In this document: piece after piece, positions 19,489 to 31,977 of the stretch
How positions within the stretch are numbered: position 1 is the first letter of the stretch
Layout: each line of letters begins with the position of its first letter
From: an uncultured delta proteobacterium
GTDB taxonomy: Bacteria > Desulfobacterota > Binatia > UBA9968
Assembly (NCBI GenBank): GCA_963847445.1
Contig: CAWJZV010000030.1
Location: 384,001-448,000 of the forward strand
Direction: 5' to 3'
DNA length: 64,000 bases
Notes under the pieces: model-generated
The model's database searches: none
Seen by the model: only the letters and a program-made list of their open reading frames with translations
Told to the model about the DNA's origin: nothing
Program-made: the position numbers and the translations under genes

Positions 19489-22330
19489 TCACTCTTCATC
19501 CTTCTTGAAATAGTACGCCTCCGGCGCCGGTTTATACGACCGCGGCAGCCAGAGCGGCCGGCGCAGGTTGTCCGGTCCTGGGGCGGGGCGGGTTTTGAGC
19601 ATCCATTTTTTGTAGACCTCGTGGGACTTGTTGGTGTCGACGAAGACATCGCCGTACTTGTCGTCGGGGCCGGGCTTGGTGATGCGCACCTTTTGATGCC
19701 AGCAGTGCTGGCCGCTGATGAAATCGGGCTGCACCGGGAAACGTCAAGTTCTGATGCACGCCGCCGTCTTGCCAGAAGATGCGCGAGGAATCGGGATCGA
19801 CGCTCTTGAACGGCTGGATGCCGTGGATCGTCCGCATCATCCATTTGCCTTCGCCCATTTGTTTCAAGTCCACCAGTGCCGTCGACCAGCGCTCGCCGCC
19901 GGCATCTTCGGCAAGCGCCAGCGGCCGAGATGGTGCGAGCAGGCGATGACGCCGGGCTTGATCCCTTCGGTGACCCAAACCTTATCGATGAAGTAGCCGA
20001 TCTCGGTATGCACTTTCAGCAGATCGCCGGTCTTCACGTCGAAGTTCTGGGCGTCTTGGAATTCAACCACAGCGGATTGCGGTTGGAGATTTCGTACAGC
20101 CACTTGGCGTTGCCCGAGCGCGTGTGAATCAACGTCGGCAAACGAAAGGTCGGCAGCAACAACATTTCGCCGGCATTGATGTCGATATTGTCCGGATGGA
20201 CATGGCTCTTGATGTAGCCGGGGATGGCATGCTCGGGCCACTTCCAATCCTTGATGGTCTTGGAAAAGAATTCGAGCTTGCGCGACGGCGTCGGAAAACC
20301 GACCACCGCTTTGCCGTCGATCTCGACGCCCAGCACCGCGCCATTTTTGGCCACGACCTTGGTCGCGGCATCGACGGTCGAGTCGGCGAGATCGGCGCTT
20401 TTCACCGCGGCTTCGTGGACTTTGTAGACGTTGTCTTCGATCAAAAACGCGCCGTACTTGCGCATGTACTCGAGCGGCTTGAGTCCCTGCTTGGCCGCCG
20501 CTTGCGGCAACCCCGGCACGCTGTTCTCGAAGATCCAGCGATAGTAGTCGTCCACCGTCATCTTCTTGCCCGGGCTCGTAGGGCGACTCAAAATACTTAC
20601 GGATGCCGAGGCTGCCGTCGGGATCGACGCGCCAGGACAGTTCGATCCAGAATTCGTCTTCCTCCCACACCTCGCCGATGCCGGCGGCTTCATGCGCCTC
20701 GTAGGTGGTGTTGAATTTCTTGCCCTGCTTCTCCAGCGCGACGCGCAAAATCGGCTGGCGAAAGCCAATCCAGCGCGCCGCCTGGGTTTCCTGGCTCATC
20801 AAGTCATGGCGCTCGGAAGCCATGGCCCATCGGCAAGACGTAATCGGCGAACCAGGCGGTCTCGCTCCAGGTCGGCGTCAAACAAGCGTGGCGCTCGACC
20901 TTGCTTTCATCCGAAAGCATCTCGATCCAACTCATGCCGTCGGGATTGGTCCACACCGGGTTGTAGACCCGGGTGAAATACATCGCCAACTTGCCGCGCC
21001 CTTCCTTGAGAAAATGCGGCAGCAAGAAAGCTCATCTCGAAAAACGCCAGCGGAAACTCTTTGGGAATCAGCAGCTCGTTCCAGACTTTCGACGGCGGCG
21101 GCATCAGCGGCGGCGCCGGGAATGAATTTATTCGCCGCATTGGGCGCGGTGCCGCCGACCGTGCCGACGGCGCCGACTAAGACGGAGAGAAATTGCAGAG
21201 CGCGGGCGACTTGCCAGCCGCCGAGGTTGCCGGCCGCGGTGTTGCGCCAGACATGGGAAGCGAACGCCGAACCGGCCTTGGCGACCTCGTGCGCCACTTC
21301 GACGATCACGGCCGGCTCGACGCCGGCTTCCTTGGCGGCGAACTCCGGCGTGTACTGGCCATAGACTTCTTTGAGCACGGCGACGAAGCTGGAAAACTTA
21401 TGCGGCTGGTCGGGATGTTCTTCGCGCAAATAATCTTCCCAGTTGACCCAGCGGCGCAAAAATTCGCGGTCGAAGAGTTCCTCCTGCAGCAAGACATTGC
21501 ACATCGCCAGCAGCACGGCGGACTCGCTGCCCGGCCAGGTCGACATCCAGTAATCCGCCTTGGACGCGGTGTTGGAAAGCCGCGTGTCGATGACGCAGAT
21601 CTTGGTGCCGGCTTCCTTGGCTTCGATGATCCGCTGCGCATGAGGATTGAAATAGTGGCCGGTCTCCAGGTGCGAACTCAGGAGCAAAATGAAACGCGCG
21701 TTGGCGTGGTCCGGCGACGGCCGGTCGATGCCGGACCAGAAGGCGTAGCCGGCGCGGGCGCCGGCGGAGCACACGTTGGTATGGCTATTGTGGCCGTCGA
21801 TGCCCCAGGAATGAAGGATGCGCTGATGGTAGAGCAACTCATGGCCGGGGCGGCCGACATGGTACATGATCTCGTTGCGCCGCTCTTCTTGCAGCGCCTT
21901 GCGCACGCGGCCGGCGATATCGTCGAGCACTTCATCCCAACTGACGCGCTCCCACTTGCCTTCGCCGCGCTTGCCGACACGCTTCAACGGATAACGAATA
22001 CGCTCGGGATCGTTGACTTGATTGAGCGTCGCCGGCCCTTTGGCGCAGTTGCGGCCGCGGCTGCCGGGATGCTCGGGATTGCCCTCGAAGCGGCGAATCT
22101 TGTTGGTGTCTTTTTCGACCACAGCAACCAGGCCGCAAGCGGCTTCGCAATTGAAGCAAATCGTCGGGATAATCCGGCAGTGCTTCTCGACCTTGCGCGG
22201 CCACTTGCGCCGTGTCGTACTCCATCCAGTCGTCCCACTTTTCCACCGGCGGATAATTGACCAAACCGTTCGGCTCCAGTTTCAAAGCATCGGGATTTAG
22301 CGGTATCGCGCGTCAGATTCACTTCATTAT
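19489..22330 (-). CDS. Molybdopterin (bis-MGD) oxidoreductase catalytic subunit, Psr/Arr/Ttr-like, frameshifted
   Basis: CFNCEAAC...NCAKG FS0 cluster, YPLKRVGKRGEGKWERVSWDE, HTNVCS, ETAWFADYVLP, GFPTPSRKLEF and a molydop-binding tail. Confidence 0.9.
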
Positions 22331-22344
22331 GTCAAATCCTTCGT

Positions 22345-22390
22345 CGAATCCGACTTCTGATTTCTGACTTCTGGTTCCGACTTCTGGCTT
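22345..22390. repeat. Heptamer tandem repeat (TTCTGAC/TCCGACT type)
   Basis: tccgacttctgatttctgacttctggttccgacttctgg. Confidence 0.6.
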
Positions 22391-22393
22391 GCA

Positions 22394-23918
22394 TCAGCTC
22401 AACGGCACAGCCTGCCCGGCTCTGATCCACAGATGTTCGTACATCCACAGACCGAATAGCGCCAGCAAGGCGGCGGCGATATTCGGTATCAGCGAACTGA
22501 TCGGCCATAGCACGAGAATAATCGGCACAAGGCTGCCGAGACCGACAACGAAGAGCCAAAACGATTTCTTCAATGGCCCGCGCAACAGGATCTCGCCGGC
22601 GCGCACGGCGTCTTCGGCGCCATGCTTCATGAACAGCTCGCCGAAGATCATCGCCAGGCTCAAACACAACGAGATCACCAACAGATGGCCGAGCCAGCTG
22701 AACAACGGCAGCGTGACACCGAGCACACTGCCGATCAGCGTCAACGTCGCCGCGCCGGCGGCGATCGCTTGAATCAACAAATGCCAAAACAAGCAGCGGA
22801 CTTTGCCAAAAATCCCGGCCGCGCGCCTGGGCGAAGAGAAAAGCCGAATAGCCTGCCGAAGCCACGGCAAAGGTCGCCGTCGCCCACACCAACAGCGGAT
22901 GGATGCCGTTGCCCGTAAGGATCAATGCCAACCAGACCGACAAGAGAATGCCGAAGATCGTCAACACGTAGCCGCCCAGAACCAACCAGGAGTTAAGGTT
23001 CGGCTTGGTCAGAATGTAAAAGAAGCGGCCGGGCTTTTTGAGATCGAGCACCAGCAGCACCATGGTCGCGGCGAGAAAAATCAACGAGACCAGCGGACTG
23101 ACCAAACTCAACACGCCGGCGTCCTGCTCGAAGCCCATGTTCAAAAACAGCGCCGACAACAGCAGCACGCCGGCGGATATCGATTTGGTCCACAGATAAG
23201 ACGCGATCTTCTTACCCCAAGGCGTCGCATGGGGCACGTCGTAGACTTCCCGCGCCGCGCCCGGAGTGGAGCGCTCGCCGTCACGCATCTTGAGAGCGTA
23301 GAGATCTTCACCGGGCGCCTTGTCGGCCCAGAAGTGGCTCTCCTGCGGCTCCATCATGGTCGGATTCAACAGATCGCCGTCGACGCCGGCATAGAAAAGT
23401 TTCGGCTTGGTGCCCTTCTCGGCTTTGCGCACGCTGACTTTTTCCATGGCGATGCGCTTGCTGATCGTGCTGTTGGCATCGTCGAGATCGCCGGAAAGAA
23501 TCGCCTGGGTCGGGCAGACAACTTCGCAGGCCGGCTTGTAGCCCATCTCGACGCGCGAAGCATCGAAGTTGCATTTGGCCGCGGTGTTGCGCTCGGGATC
23601 GATGTAAAGCGCGTCGTAGGGGCAAGCCTGCATGCAGGATTGGCAACCGATGCAGCGCTCATTGTCGAAGTCGACGATACCGTCGGGACGGCGAAACAGC
23701 GCCACCGTCGGGCAGATCTCGATGCACGGCGCGTCGTCGCAGTGATTGCAGCGCAGCACGGCAAAATGGCGCCGGGTATCGGGATAGACGCCCTTCTCGA
23801 CGTACTTGACCCAAGTGCGGTTAACGCCCAGCGGGATGTCGTGCTCCTCTTTACAGGCCACCGTACAGGCGTGGCAGCCGATGCAGCGATGCTGATCGAT
23901 GAGAAATCCGTAACGCAT
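22394..23918 (-). CDS. 4Fe-4S dicluster (NrfC/DmsB-like) fused to NrfD/PsrC membrane anchor; frameshift near 22790
   Basis: CIGCHACTVAC, CNHCDDAPC, CIGCQSCMQACP, then PWGKKIASYLW, DLKKPGRF, YSAFLF and TM helices. Confidence 0.9.
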
Positions 23919-24077
23919 TATAAACCTTTCCGATCAACTAACTTAACTATCTATAATGATTAAAAGTTTCGACTCTGATAGCAGGAATGTTCAGGCGGGG
24001 TCAATTGAATGGCGAAAAAATCTTAGGATTATTAGCGCGCAAAGAACGCAAAATAGATCCTAAGCGGAGATCCGAAC

Positions 24078-24200
24078 GTAGGGGCGTATGGCATACGCCT
24101 TCGGGTGGCGGAGTGGCGACCGCCCGGTGACAAACTTTACGCAGACGAATCAGATTCTATTGGATAGTATCGGAGGGCAACCACAGGGGGTTGCCCCTAC
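24078..24200. repeat. Inverted pair of GTAG-family REPs
   Basis: gtaggggcgtatggcatacgcc (24078) and the reverse-strand gtaggggcaaccccctgtggttgccc (24175-24200). Confidence 0.7.
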
Positions 24201-24270
24201 AAGTCCGATTCCTTTTTGCGCACTCTGCGTTTTTTGCGGCCCGCCTTCCGATTCCGAACCTTCTGCTATT

Positions 24271-25717
24271 CTATCCACGCGTCGGAAACGCCGGCGGGAT
24301 GATTTGCTCGACGCTGCGGCCATTCCAATCGCGCGCGGACCAGGCGTCCCAGGCGCGCTTGGCGCCGGCCTCGGCTTGGGCGAACAGCTCGTCGTCGTTG
24401 ATGCGCGTCGACCGGCCGTTTTCGACCACCACTTCACCGTCAACCAGCACCGTTTCGACATCGGCGCCGCTGCCGTATTCGACCAGCGCGTTGATCGGAT
24501 CGCGCATCGGGCCGTAGCGCGTGCTGCGCAGATTGATAATCACCACGTCGGCCTTTGCGCCAACGGCAAGCCGGCCTAGATCGGCACGGCCCAACGCAGT
24601 CGCCCCGCCGATGGTGGCGGCGTTAAAAACATCGGCGGCGCGGGCGCCGGCAGCTTGGCGATCGACGAGTCGAGAGATCAACGACGCGTAGCGCATCTCG
24701 GACACGATATCGAGCGGATAAGTATCCGTGCCCAAGCCGATGCGCACGCCGGCTTCCAAGTAGCGGCCGAAGGACTCCATGGCAAACGCCATCTTGGCGC
24801 ACTTATGCGGGCAGTGGCCGACGGTGGCGCCGGACTCGGCGAGAATCTTCATCTCGTCGCCGAGCGGATAGTCGACGCGCGAGTGGCCGCCGGTGATCGC
24901 CATATGGCCCAACGTCGTGCGCGGGCCGAGGATGCCGACATCGGCGAGATACTCGGCCACCGGTTTGCGATACTTGTTGAGGATCTCCAAGAACTCGCGG
25001 AAGTTGCCGCCGGCATGAATATGCAGCGGCACGTCCAACTCTTTCGCCGCGGCCACCGACTCTTTCAACAACGACGGCTCGCAGGTTTCCGCCTGAGCCG
25101 GATTCAAAATGCCTTGCAAGCGGCCATTGTGGGCGCCGTGAAATTTCTTGATGAAGTCGACGGCGACTTTGAGTCCGGGCCGTCCTTTGTCCGGCCGTTC
25201 TTCATAGTAGTGCCGCCCCTCGGCGTCGGTGAAAATATCGTGACTGCGAAACGGCGGACTGAAAAACACCCGCCCGCCGGTCTGACCGACGATGGCGACA
25301 TAATCGTCGAGGGCGCCCGGGCCGCCGCCGGGATCGAGCACCGTCGTCGCGCCGTTGCGCAGCGCGCTGTAAAGCGCATACTTCCGTCCCAACGCCACCG
25401 CCGGCGGCGCCGGCGGTTCGACCTTTTCTTTCAACGGCGCGCCGAACACGAACCAGTTGGCGGCGAGATAATCTTTCTTCGTGACATCGGTCAGCAAATA
25501 ATCGCCGACGTTGAGCTGCGAGTGCACATGCAGGTTGATAAAACCGGGGCAGACGATCTTGCCGCTGGCGTCGATGACGCGGTCGGCCGGCTGGCGATTT
25601 ATCGGCGCCCACCGACTTGATCGAGTCGCCGTCGATCAAGACCGAACCATTGGGAATAATTTCGTGGCCGGTGCCGGACCAGCCGACGACGACCCCGCCG
25701 TCTATGCGGATACTCAT
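24271..25717 (-). CDS. Amidohydrolase (chlorohydrolase/nucleoside deaminase-like); frameshift near 25590
   Basis: PGFINLHVH, LHIHAG, GHCP, GLGTD, ATIGGATALG and GRLAVGAKADVV motifs. Confidence 0.9.
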
Positions 25718-25744
25718 GCTGACTTCCTTCTTGAGATCTTACAT

Positions 25745-25831
25745 CCTCTCCCTCTGGGAGAGTACAGAGGTGAGGGCGCGCCGGACTCGACAATTGCCCT
25801 CGACCCTTCCCTCATCCCAAAGGGCGAGGGT
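25745..25831. repeat. CCCTCTCCC-N3-GGGAGAGGG-type palindromic repeat pair
   Basis: cctctccctctgggagag...gtgaggg ... ccctcgacccttccctcatcccaaagggcgaggg. Confidence 0.55.
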
Positions 25832-25857
25832 AGGACAAGCTCAGCGACAGCAACTCG

Positions 25858-26570
25858 CATTACGCCCGCAAGCGCCGGCGTATCGTCTTCCTTGCCGTGC
25901 AGCGCGTACCAGTAAATATTATTCATATAACGCCAGCGCCGGATGGTGGCGTCCTCGACTTGCTTGATGGCCGCGGCTTGCAGCTCCGGCGTGGTGCAAT
26001 ACTTTTCGACGATGGCGAAGCCTTTCGCACCATGGATCTCGTCGGCGTAAATATGTTCCTCGAAAAAGCGGATCTCCCGCGCGCGGCTTTATAACCGTAG
26101 TGTTGGTGCAGGGCGGGAACGATCTTCTTGCAGATATCCAAGAATTGCGATTCCAGACCGATGAACAGCCCGGCGGCGGCAACCGGCCAGGGTTTTTGGT
26201 AGACCATCATCCAGCCCCAGTTTTGCAACTGCTCGGTGCCGCCGAGCAAAATCGAGCTCTCGACGCTGTTACGATCGACGCCGCTGGCGGCGACGTAGTC
26301 TTTCAACATGTCGAGATGGCGATCGTCGGGATTCTCCTCATCGCCGAGATTTTCATACAGGTAATTCTTCACATCGCGCTCGGGAATCTGCGACGCTAGA
26401 TAGGCCAGCCAGTTCAAAAATTCGCCGACGAAGTGATAATGCTGGGTGCAGTAAAAAGCGGTCTGCTCCTTGGTCAGCTTACCCTGCGACCAGAGCTCGA
26501 AGAACGGATGGTTCTTGCTATGCTTCTTGTCGCGTGTCGCGACCAATTGATCGTGAAAAGCGTTGCTCAT
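25858..26570 (-). CDS. Heme-oxygenase-like diiron protein (TenA/PqqC/CADD family); frameshift near 26085; end approximate
   Basis: HPFF, ENLGDEENPDDRH, LESQ and FFEEHIYADEIH metal-ligand pattern. Confidence 0.8.
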
Positions 26571-26616
26571 ATTTCACCTCTAGCGAATCCTGGCTGCAGA
26601 ATCTTCGCCGCTAATT

Positions 26617-28444
26617 TTAGCATCGGCAAAAATAACGACGCCGGCCGAATATCCGCATACGATACCCGGCCGGCGTCGACTCCGGACAATTCTTGCAGCG
26701 AACTATCCTTCGCCGCGCTCGACTATCTGACTCGACGGTCTTGAGACGGATATCCAACAGCGCCGACTGTCCGCCGGCCACCGCGCGCAGGCCGCGCTCG
26801 ACGGCTTTGCGCACTTCGCCGGGTTCTTCGACTTTCTCACCGTAGCCATCCCAGGCTTTTATCATCTGCGAATATTCCGGGCAGGGGGTGATGTGCAAGC
26901 CCGAAAAATTTCCCGATTTGACCGCCCAACCTCCTGGATAGTATTTTGGAATGCCTGATTTTTGCGATAGATAGCCCTGATTATTAAACATGATTGTCAG
27001 AAATGGCAGGTTGTGCTCCTGGGCCGCGCCAAAGGCTGCCGGTGCCGGATCGTAGTTAAACGAGCCGTCGCCGATCAAGCAGATCACCGGCCGCTTGGGA
27101 TTGGCAGCTTTGACGCCGAGGGCGGTCGCCAAGCCGGTGCCGAGGCCGCCGATGCAACCGTTGAAGAACGATCCCGGCGTCAGATTATCTAGATAACGAT
27201 GCACCGCCAAGCGGTGCGTGATCGTCTCTTCGACCACCATGGCATCCTTGGGCAGCACCTGGCTGATCTCATGGGCCACCCAGCGGGTGTCCATCGGCTT
27301 TTGACTGCCGAGAGCGATCGCTTCGTCGCGCCATTTCTTGCGCCGCGCGTCGTTGCTTGGCTTTGAGATCTTCAGCGCGGCGCGTGCGCGCCGGATCGCC
27401 CTTGGAAACTTTTTTCTTCAAGGCGCCGAGCAAATGCTCCAGCGACGACTCGATCTCGCCGGTGAGGCAAAGATCCGATTGGTAGCCATAATAGGGAATC
27501 TCGATGCGCAGCGGATTCTCATCGAGCATGGCCACCTTGGCGCCCTTCGACGGCGTGATCGACGCCGGATGCCAGGGGGCGATCACCGCCAGGCCAGAAA
27601 AATCACGTCGGCGCCCTGCACGCCTTCTTTGACGTCATAGCCGCTGTGCAGCGCATGGGTGCGCGGAATGTTGATGACGCCGGTGCTGCGGGTTTCCACC
27701 ACCGGACAGCCGAGCAGTTCGGCGATCTCGACCAAGAGATTGACGCTCTTCAGCGTCTTGCCGGCGTCTTCGGCGACGATCACCGGATGCTGTGCGCCGG
27801 CGAGCAGGTTAGCGAGATCTTCGATGCCCTGGGGATCGGCGGTGGCCAAAGGCGAACTGCCGAGATCCGACGGCACATCCTTGGTCATGGTGTCGAACAT
27901 ATATTCCATCGGCATCGACACGAACACCGGCCCGCGCGGACCGGCCATGGCCAGGCGGCAGGCGCGCTGCACGGTGGAAGGAACGATCGACTTGGTGTTG
28001 ACGCCGAAGCTCCATTTGACCGTGTGATCGACCAGCTTGGCCGGCCCGCCCATGTCGCCCAGGTGGCCCTGCCATTGACCGCCGACATCCGGTCCTTCAT
28101 CTTCGCCGAAACCGATCGACTCGCCGGCGAACACCACCATCGGCACCTGCTCGTGCAGCGCGGCGCGCATCGCCATGGTGGCGTGCAAGCGCGCCCACGG
28201 TGGTGTGAATCACCACGGCGGGCAGCTTGCCGGTCGACTTGGCATAGCCGCTGGCCATGCCGACGGCGATCTCTTCATGGCGCGTGCTGTAGTATTGCGG
28301 CATGCCTTCGACGCCCGGCTCCGCCAGCGCTTCCCATAGCGGCGACCATTCCGACCCCGGCGATGCGAAGATTTTCTCGACGCCCATTTTCCCCAGGACA
28401 CGCAGCATCGACTGCGCGCCGGTCAATCCTTTAGTTTGAATCAT
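26617..28444 (-). CDS. Thiamine pyrophosphate-dependent enzyme (benzoylformate decarboxylase/AHAS-like), frameshifted
   Basis: FASPGSEW, RHEEIAVGMASGY and the GDGSFNY...NNQGY ThDP motif. Confidence 0.9.
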
Positions 28445-28513
28445 GCTCGACTCCTCTCAAAAATTACGGTTGTTGTTCAATCGGCACGATGCGACATTGC
28501 GCCTCATTTTCTA

Positions 28514-28600
28514 TGTCATCCTCGGGCGCTGAAAGCAACGAGGAATCGCGACTCGCCGCGGGCGGCCAATCGCGATTCCTCGTTTCCCTGGAGAATGACA
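28514..28600. repeat. GTCATCCT...GAATGACA palindromic repeat
   Basis: Long imperfect hairpin; the same family occurs at 57519-57600. Confidence 0.55.
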
Positions 28601-28606
28601 GTTCGA

Positions 28607-29626
28607 TTAAATGTTGTAGAAACGCTTGGCGTTATTGAGCAACAGATCCTTTTTCACGTCGAGCGAAATATCGTCGCGATTCCACAGGATCGTCGCCGAC
28701 TCCGGCCAGCTCATGTCCCAGTGCGGATAATCGGACGCGTACATGAGGGTCTTCGAGCCGATCTCCTTGGTCACGTAGCCGATCATTTTCTCTTCCGGCT
28801 CGCAGCCATAGTAGCTGTTCTCGCTGAACAGGTATTCACTGGGCTTTCTTCTTGCACAGCGGCGCCTCGACTTTGCCGCGCTTCTCCCACTCTTCGTCCA
28901 TGCGCTCGGCCCAGTACGGCAGCCAGCCGCAGCCGACTTCGAGATAGCCGATGCGCAGCTTGGGAAACATCTCCGGAATGCCGCCGAACACCATCGCCGT
29001 CAGCTGACGGAGCATCGGAAATGGATGGCCGCAGGTATGCAAGCTAATAAACTGGTCGAACACCTCGCTGCCAGGCTCGTCGCCGCCGAAGGCATGAATC
29101 GTAGACCGGCGTGTTGAGCCGCTGCGCTTCTTCGTAGAGCGGATAGTATTCCGGACTGCCGAGATTTTTGCGGTGCGCCTGGGCGACCATCATGCCGCCG
29201 CATAGACCCAACTTGGTAACGGCGCGATTGAGCTCCCTGACGCATTCGGCGGGATCGTTCACCGGCAGATTCGCCACGGCTTTCAAGACGCGGCGACGCC
29301 TTGCAGTAATCCGAGATGAAATCGTTGTAGGCGCGGCACAGCGCCACTTGGAACTTGGTATCCCGCACCCGGCCGACACCGAGGCCGCTGGTCGGAAACA
29401 TCACCGCGGTGTCGATCTGCTGCAGATCCATCGCTTCCAAACGGTCTTCGACCTTGGCGCCGGACCTGCCCAAGGTGCCGCCCAAATTGCGATCGTAATG
29501 CTCGCTCGGGATAAACGATGCTTTCTGACTGCGGTACGGCTCCGGCAAGTACTGCCTGATGTCGTTGTCGAGATCGCGCGCGTGGGCGTCCGAATCGAGA
29601 ACTTTTATCGCTTCACGTAACTCCAT
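28607..29626 (-). CDS. Amidohydrolase_2 family protein (LigW/ACMSD-like), frameshifted
   Basis: DSDAH, FPTSGL, FPKLRIGYLEVGCGW and YASDYPHWD motifs. Confidence 0.88.
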
Positions 29627-29811
29627 AAACTCCTCGTCAAATGACTTTGTCAGAAATAGCCGCACAAATTTCGTGAGACTTCCCCTTGGAACAGGGGATC
29701 GGGGATTTGAATCCATTCGCTGAGTTTCTTCCCCGTCTATGCGGAAGAAACTCGGAGGTTCGAACTCGCAAACGATAATTCACCTGCGAAACTCGCTAAC
29801 CGGACTGCGTC

Positions 29812-30955
29812 CTAACGCCGCCACGCCTGGGCAAGGACACTGGCACTTTCAGGTTGTAAAGCTTTTCGCAATTGGTGATCAGCAACTTTTCGCGCGTCTT
29901 CGGCCGTCACATCGGCCATGTCGCGCTCGATCACCGCGCGGGAATTGGGCCAGGTGGAATTCTGGTGCGGGTAGTCGTTGGACCACATGCAGTTATCCGC
30001 GCCCCACCAGGAAAACATTTTGCCGCCCACAGGTCGTTGAAGAAAGTCGCGTAAATCTGCTCGGCAAAGTATTCGCTCGGCAGCTTGCTCATCTGGACTT
30101 TTTCCGAGTGGCGATGGCGTTTGAAGCCTTTGTCGCACTGGCCCATCCAGAACGGCATCCAGCCCACTTCGTTTTCCACCGAGACGATCTTCAGCTTCGG
30201 ATGGCGTTCGAGCACACCGTGAAAGATCAATTCGAACAGCGCGTTCTCGATTTCGCGGGTCTGTTCGACGCCGATGCGGAAGCGTTTCGGGCCGTGGGCG
30301 GTCTGGCGGTTCATGCTGTCGCCGAAACCGGTAAGATGTGCAGATGCACCGGCAGATCGAGATGCCTGCCGACGCCGCCCAGAAGCGTTCATAATGCTCC
30401 GACGTGAACGGCAAGCTCGGATGGGGCACCTGCCAGATCATCGTGCCGACGATGCCTTCTTTCTTGCAGCGCTCCATTTCGGCGATGGCGTGATCGACGT
30501 TGTACATCGAGATCAACGCGATGCCGTACAAGCGGTCGGGAACTTTTTGGCAGTAATCGATGATCCAGTCGTTGTAGGCACGGAACAATGCTTCTTGCAG
30601 TCCGGCGTCCTCGACGCAGTATAAACCGAGACCCAAGCTCGGATAGAGCACTTCGGCGGCGACGCCGTCGGTGACCATGTCGGCTTGGCGTTCGAGCGGA
30701 TCCCAACCGCCGGGGCGCGCCACGGCGAAGCCCGCCTTGCGAAACTTTTCTACGATTTTCCGGCTGCTGGCCAGCCATGAACAATCCGCCGACGGCTTGA
30801 ATCTGCACCTCCGGCGAACCGAACATCCAGGCATCGCGCTTCTCGTCAAAGAACGCCTTTGGCGCACGATCCTTGAACGCGGCGGGCATTCCCTTTACCC
30901 ACAGATCCGGCACTTCGATTACATGAGAATCCGATGAGACGATTGATTGTTCCAT
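29812..30955 (-). CDS. Amidohydrolase_2 family protein, frameshifted
   Basis: SSDSHVIE, EVLYPSLG, PKLKIVSVENEVGW and MWSNDYPH motifs. Confidence 0.88.
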
Positions 30956-30972
30956 AGCCCCTCCTTTTTTTC

Positions 30973-31977
30973 CTATCTTTTAGCCCAGATTTGATCCCAA
31001 AAGCCACTCTTTTCCATATCATTTAAAAACCGCGGATCGGTCAATTCCAGTGGCTTTACCTTCTTGGCCCGCTCATCGGTCTGCGCCACTTCATCGAGAA
31101 TCGCTTGAAACGCCTCGGCCTTGAGCGCCAGGCGCGGCTCCATCGCTTTGATCTCGGCGTTATAGGCAGCTTCCATGATCGTCCGGTCGTTGATGCGCAG
31201 CTGTTTGCCGAGCACTTTGTAAACGACTTCGCGGTCGCTGTGCATGATCTTCGAAGCCTCGGCCATGGCGCGCATATATTGCGCCAGCGGCTGCGGTCTC
31301 CTGGCAATCGTCGAACGTTTGGTGACAAAGGACGTCGCGGCATAGGGGATCTTGAGATCGGGTCCATAGATGACGTAGTGGTAGCCGCGCGACAACGCTT
31401 GGACGTCCGTCGGCGGGGTCAAGCATGCCACCTCGACGCCGCCGCTCAGCAGCGCGATCAGCGATTCGGGGTCGCCGCCGGATTGCAAGAAAGTGTAATC
31501 GCGGTTGGCCTCCATGCCGTGGCGCCGCAACGCCTGAATCGTAAAGTAGTGCGAGTTGCTGCCGATGCGGCTGACCGCGATGCGTTTGCCTTTCAAATCT
31601 TCGGGCCGTTTCAAGTTGCCGCCGGCGATGATGTTCTGCGTCATGAGATTCTTGGCGCTGCCGACGTAGGCGATCTCGGTCGAGCCGCGGACGAAAGCGA
31701 TGACGTTACCGACGCCGCCGGTCATGGTCATGTCGGGATCGCCGCCGAGCAGCGCGGCGGTGACGATGCTCGATGAGGCGATGAAAACCAGGTTATGGTC
31801 GAGATTGTATTTTTTGAATAAGCCGGCATCTTCGGCGATCCAAGGCAGCGCCTGCGCCATCACCCGGGCTGAGTAGATGGTGGTGAATTTCTCCGCGGCG
31901 CGGGAGTTCGCCGGCATGAACGTCACAATCCGAGAATTAAGCTTAAAAGCGCACGCCGGCATCACTTCTTGCTCCAC
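30973..31977 (-). CDS. ABC substrate-binding protein, NMT1/THI5/SsuA-like
   Basis: GLFKKYNL and DLKGKRIAVSRIGS; paralog of the next gene. Confidence 0.88.
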   Translation of the reverse strand: MEQEVMPACAFKLNSRIVTFMPANSRAAEKFTTIYSARVMAQALPWIAEDAGLFKKYNLDHNLVFIASSSIVTAALLGGDPDMTMTGGVGNVIAFVRGSTEIAYVGSAKNLMTQNIIAGGNLKRPEDLKGKRIAVSRIGSNSHYFTIQALRRHGMEANRDYTFLQSGGDPESLIALLSGGVEVACLTPPTDVQALSRGYHYVIYGPDLKIPYAATSFVTKRSTIARRPQPLAQYMRAMAEASKIMHSDREVVYKVLGKQLRINDRTIMEAAYNAEIKAMEPRLALKAEAFQAILDEVAQTDERAKKVKPLELTDPRFLNDMEKSGFWDQIWAKR

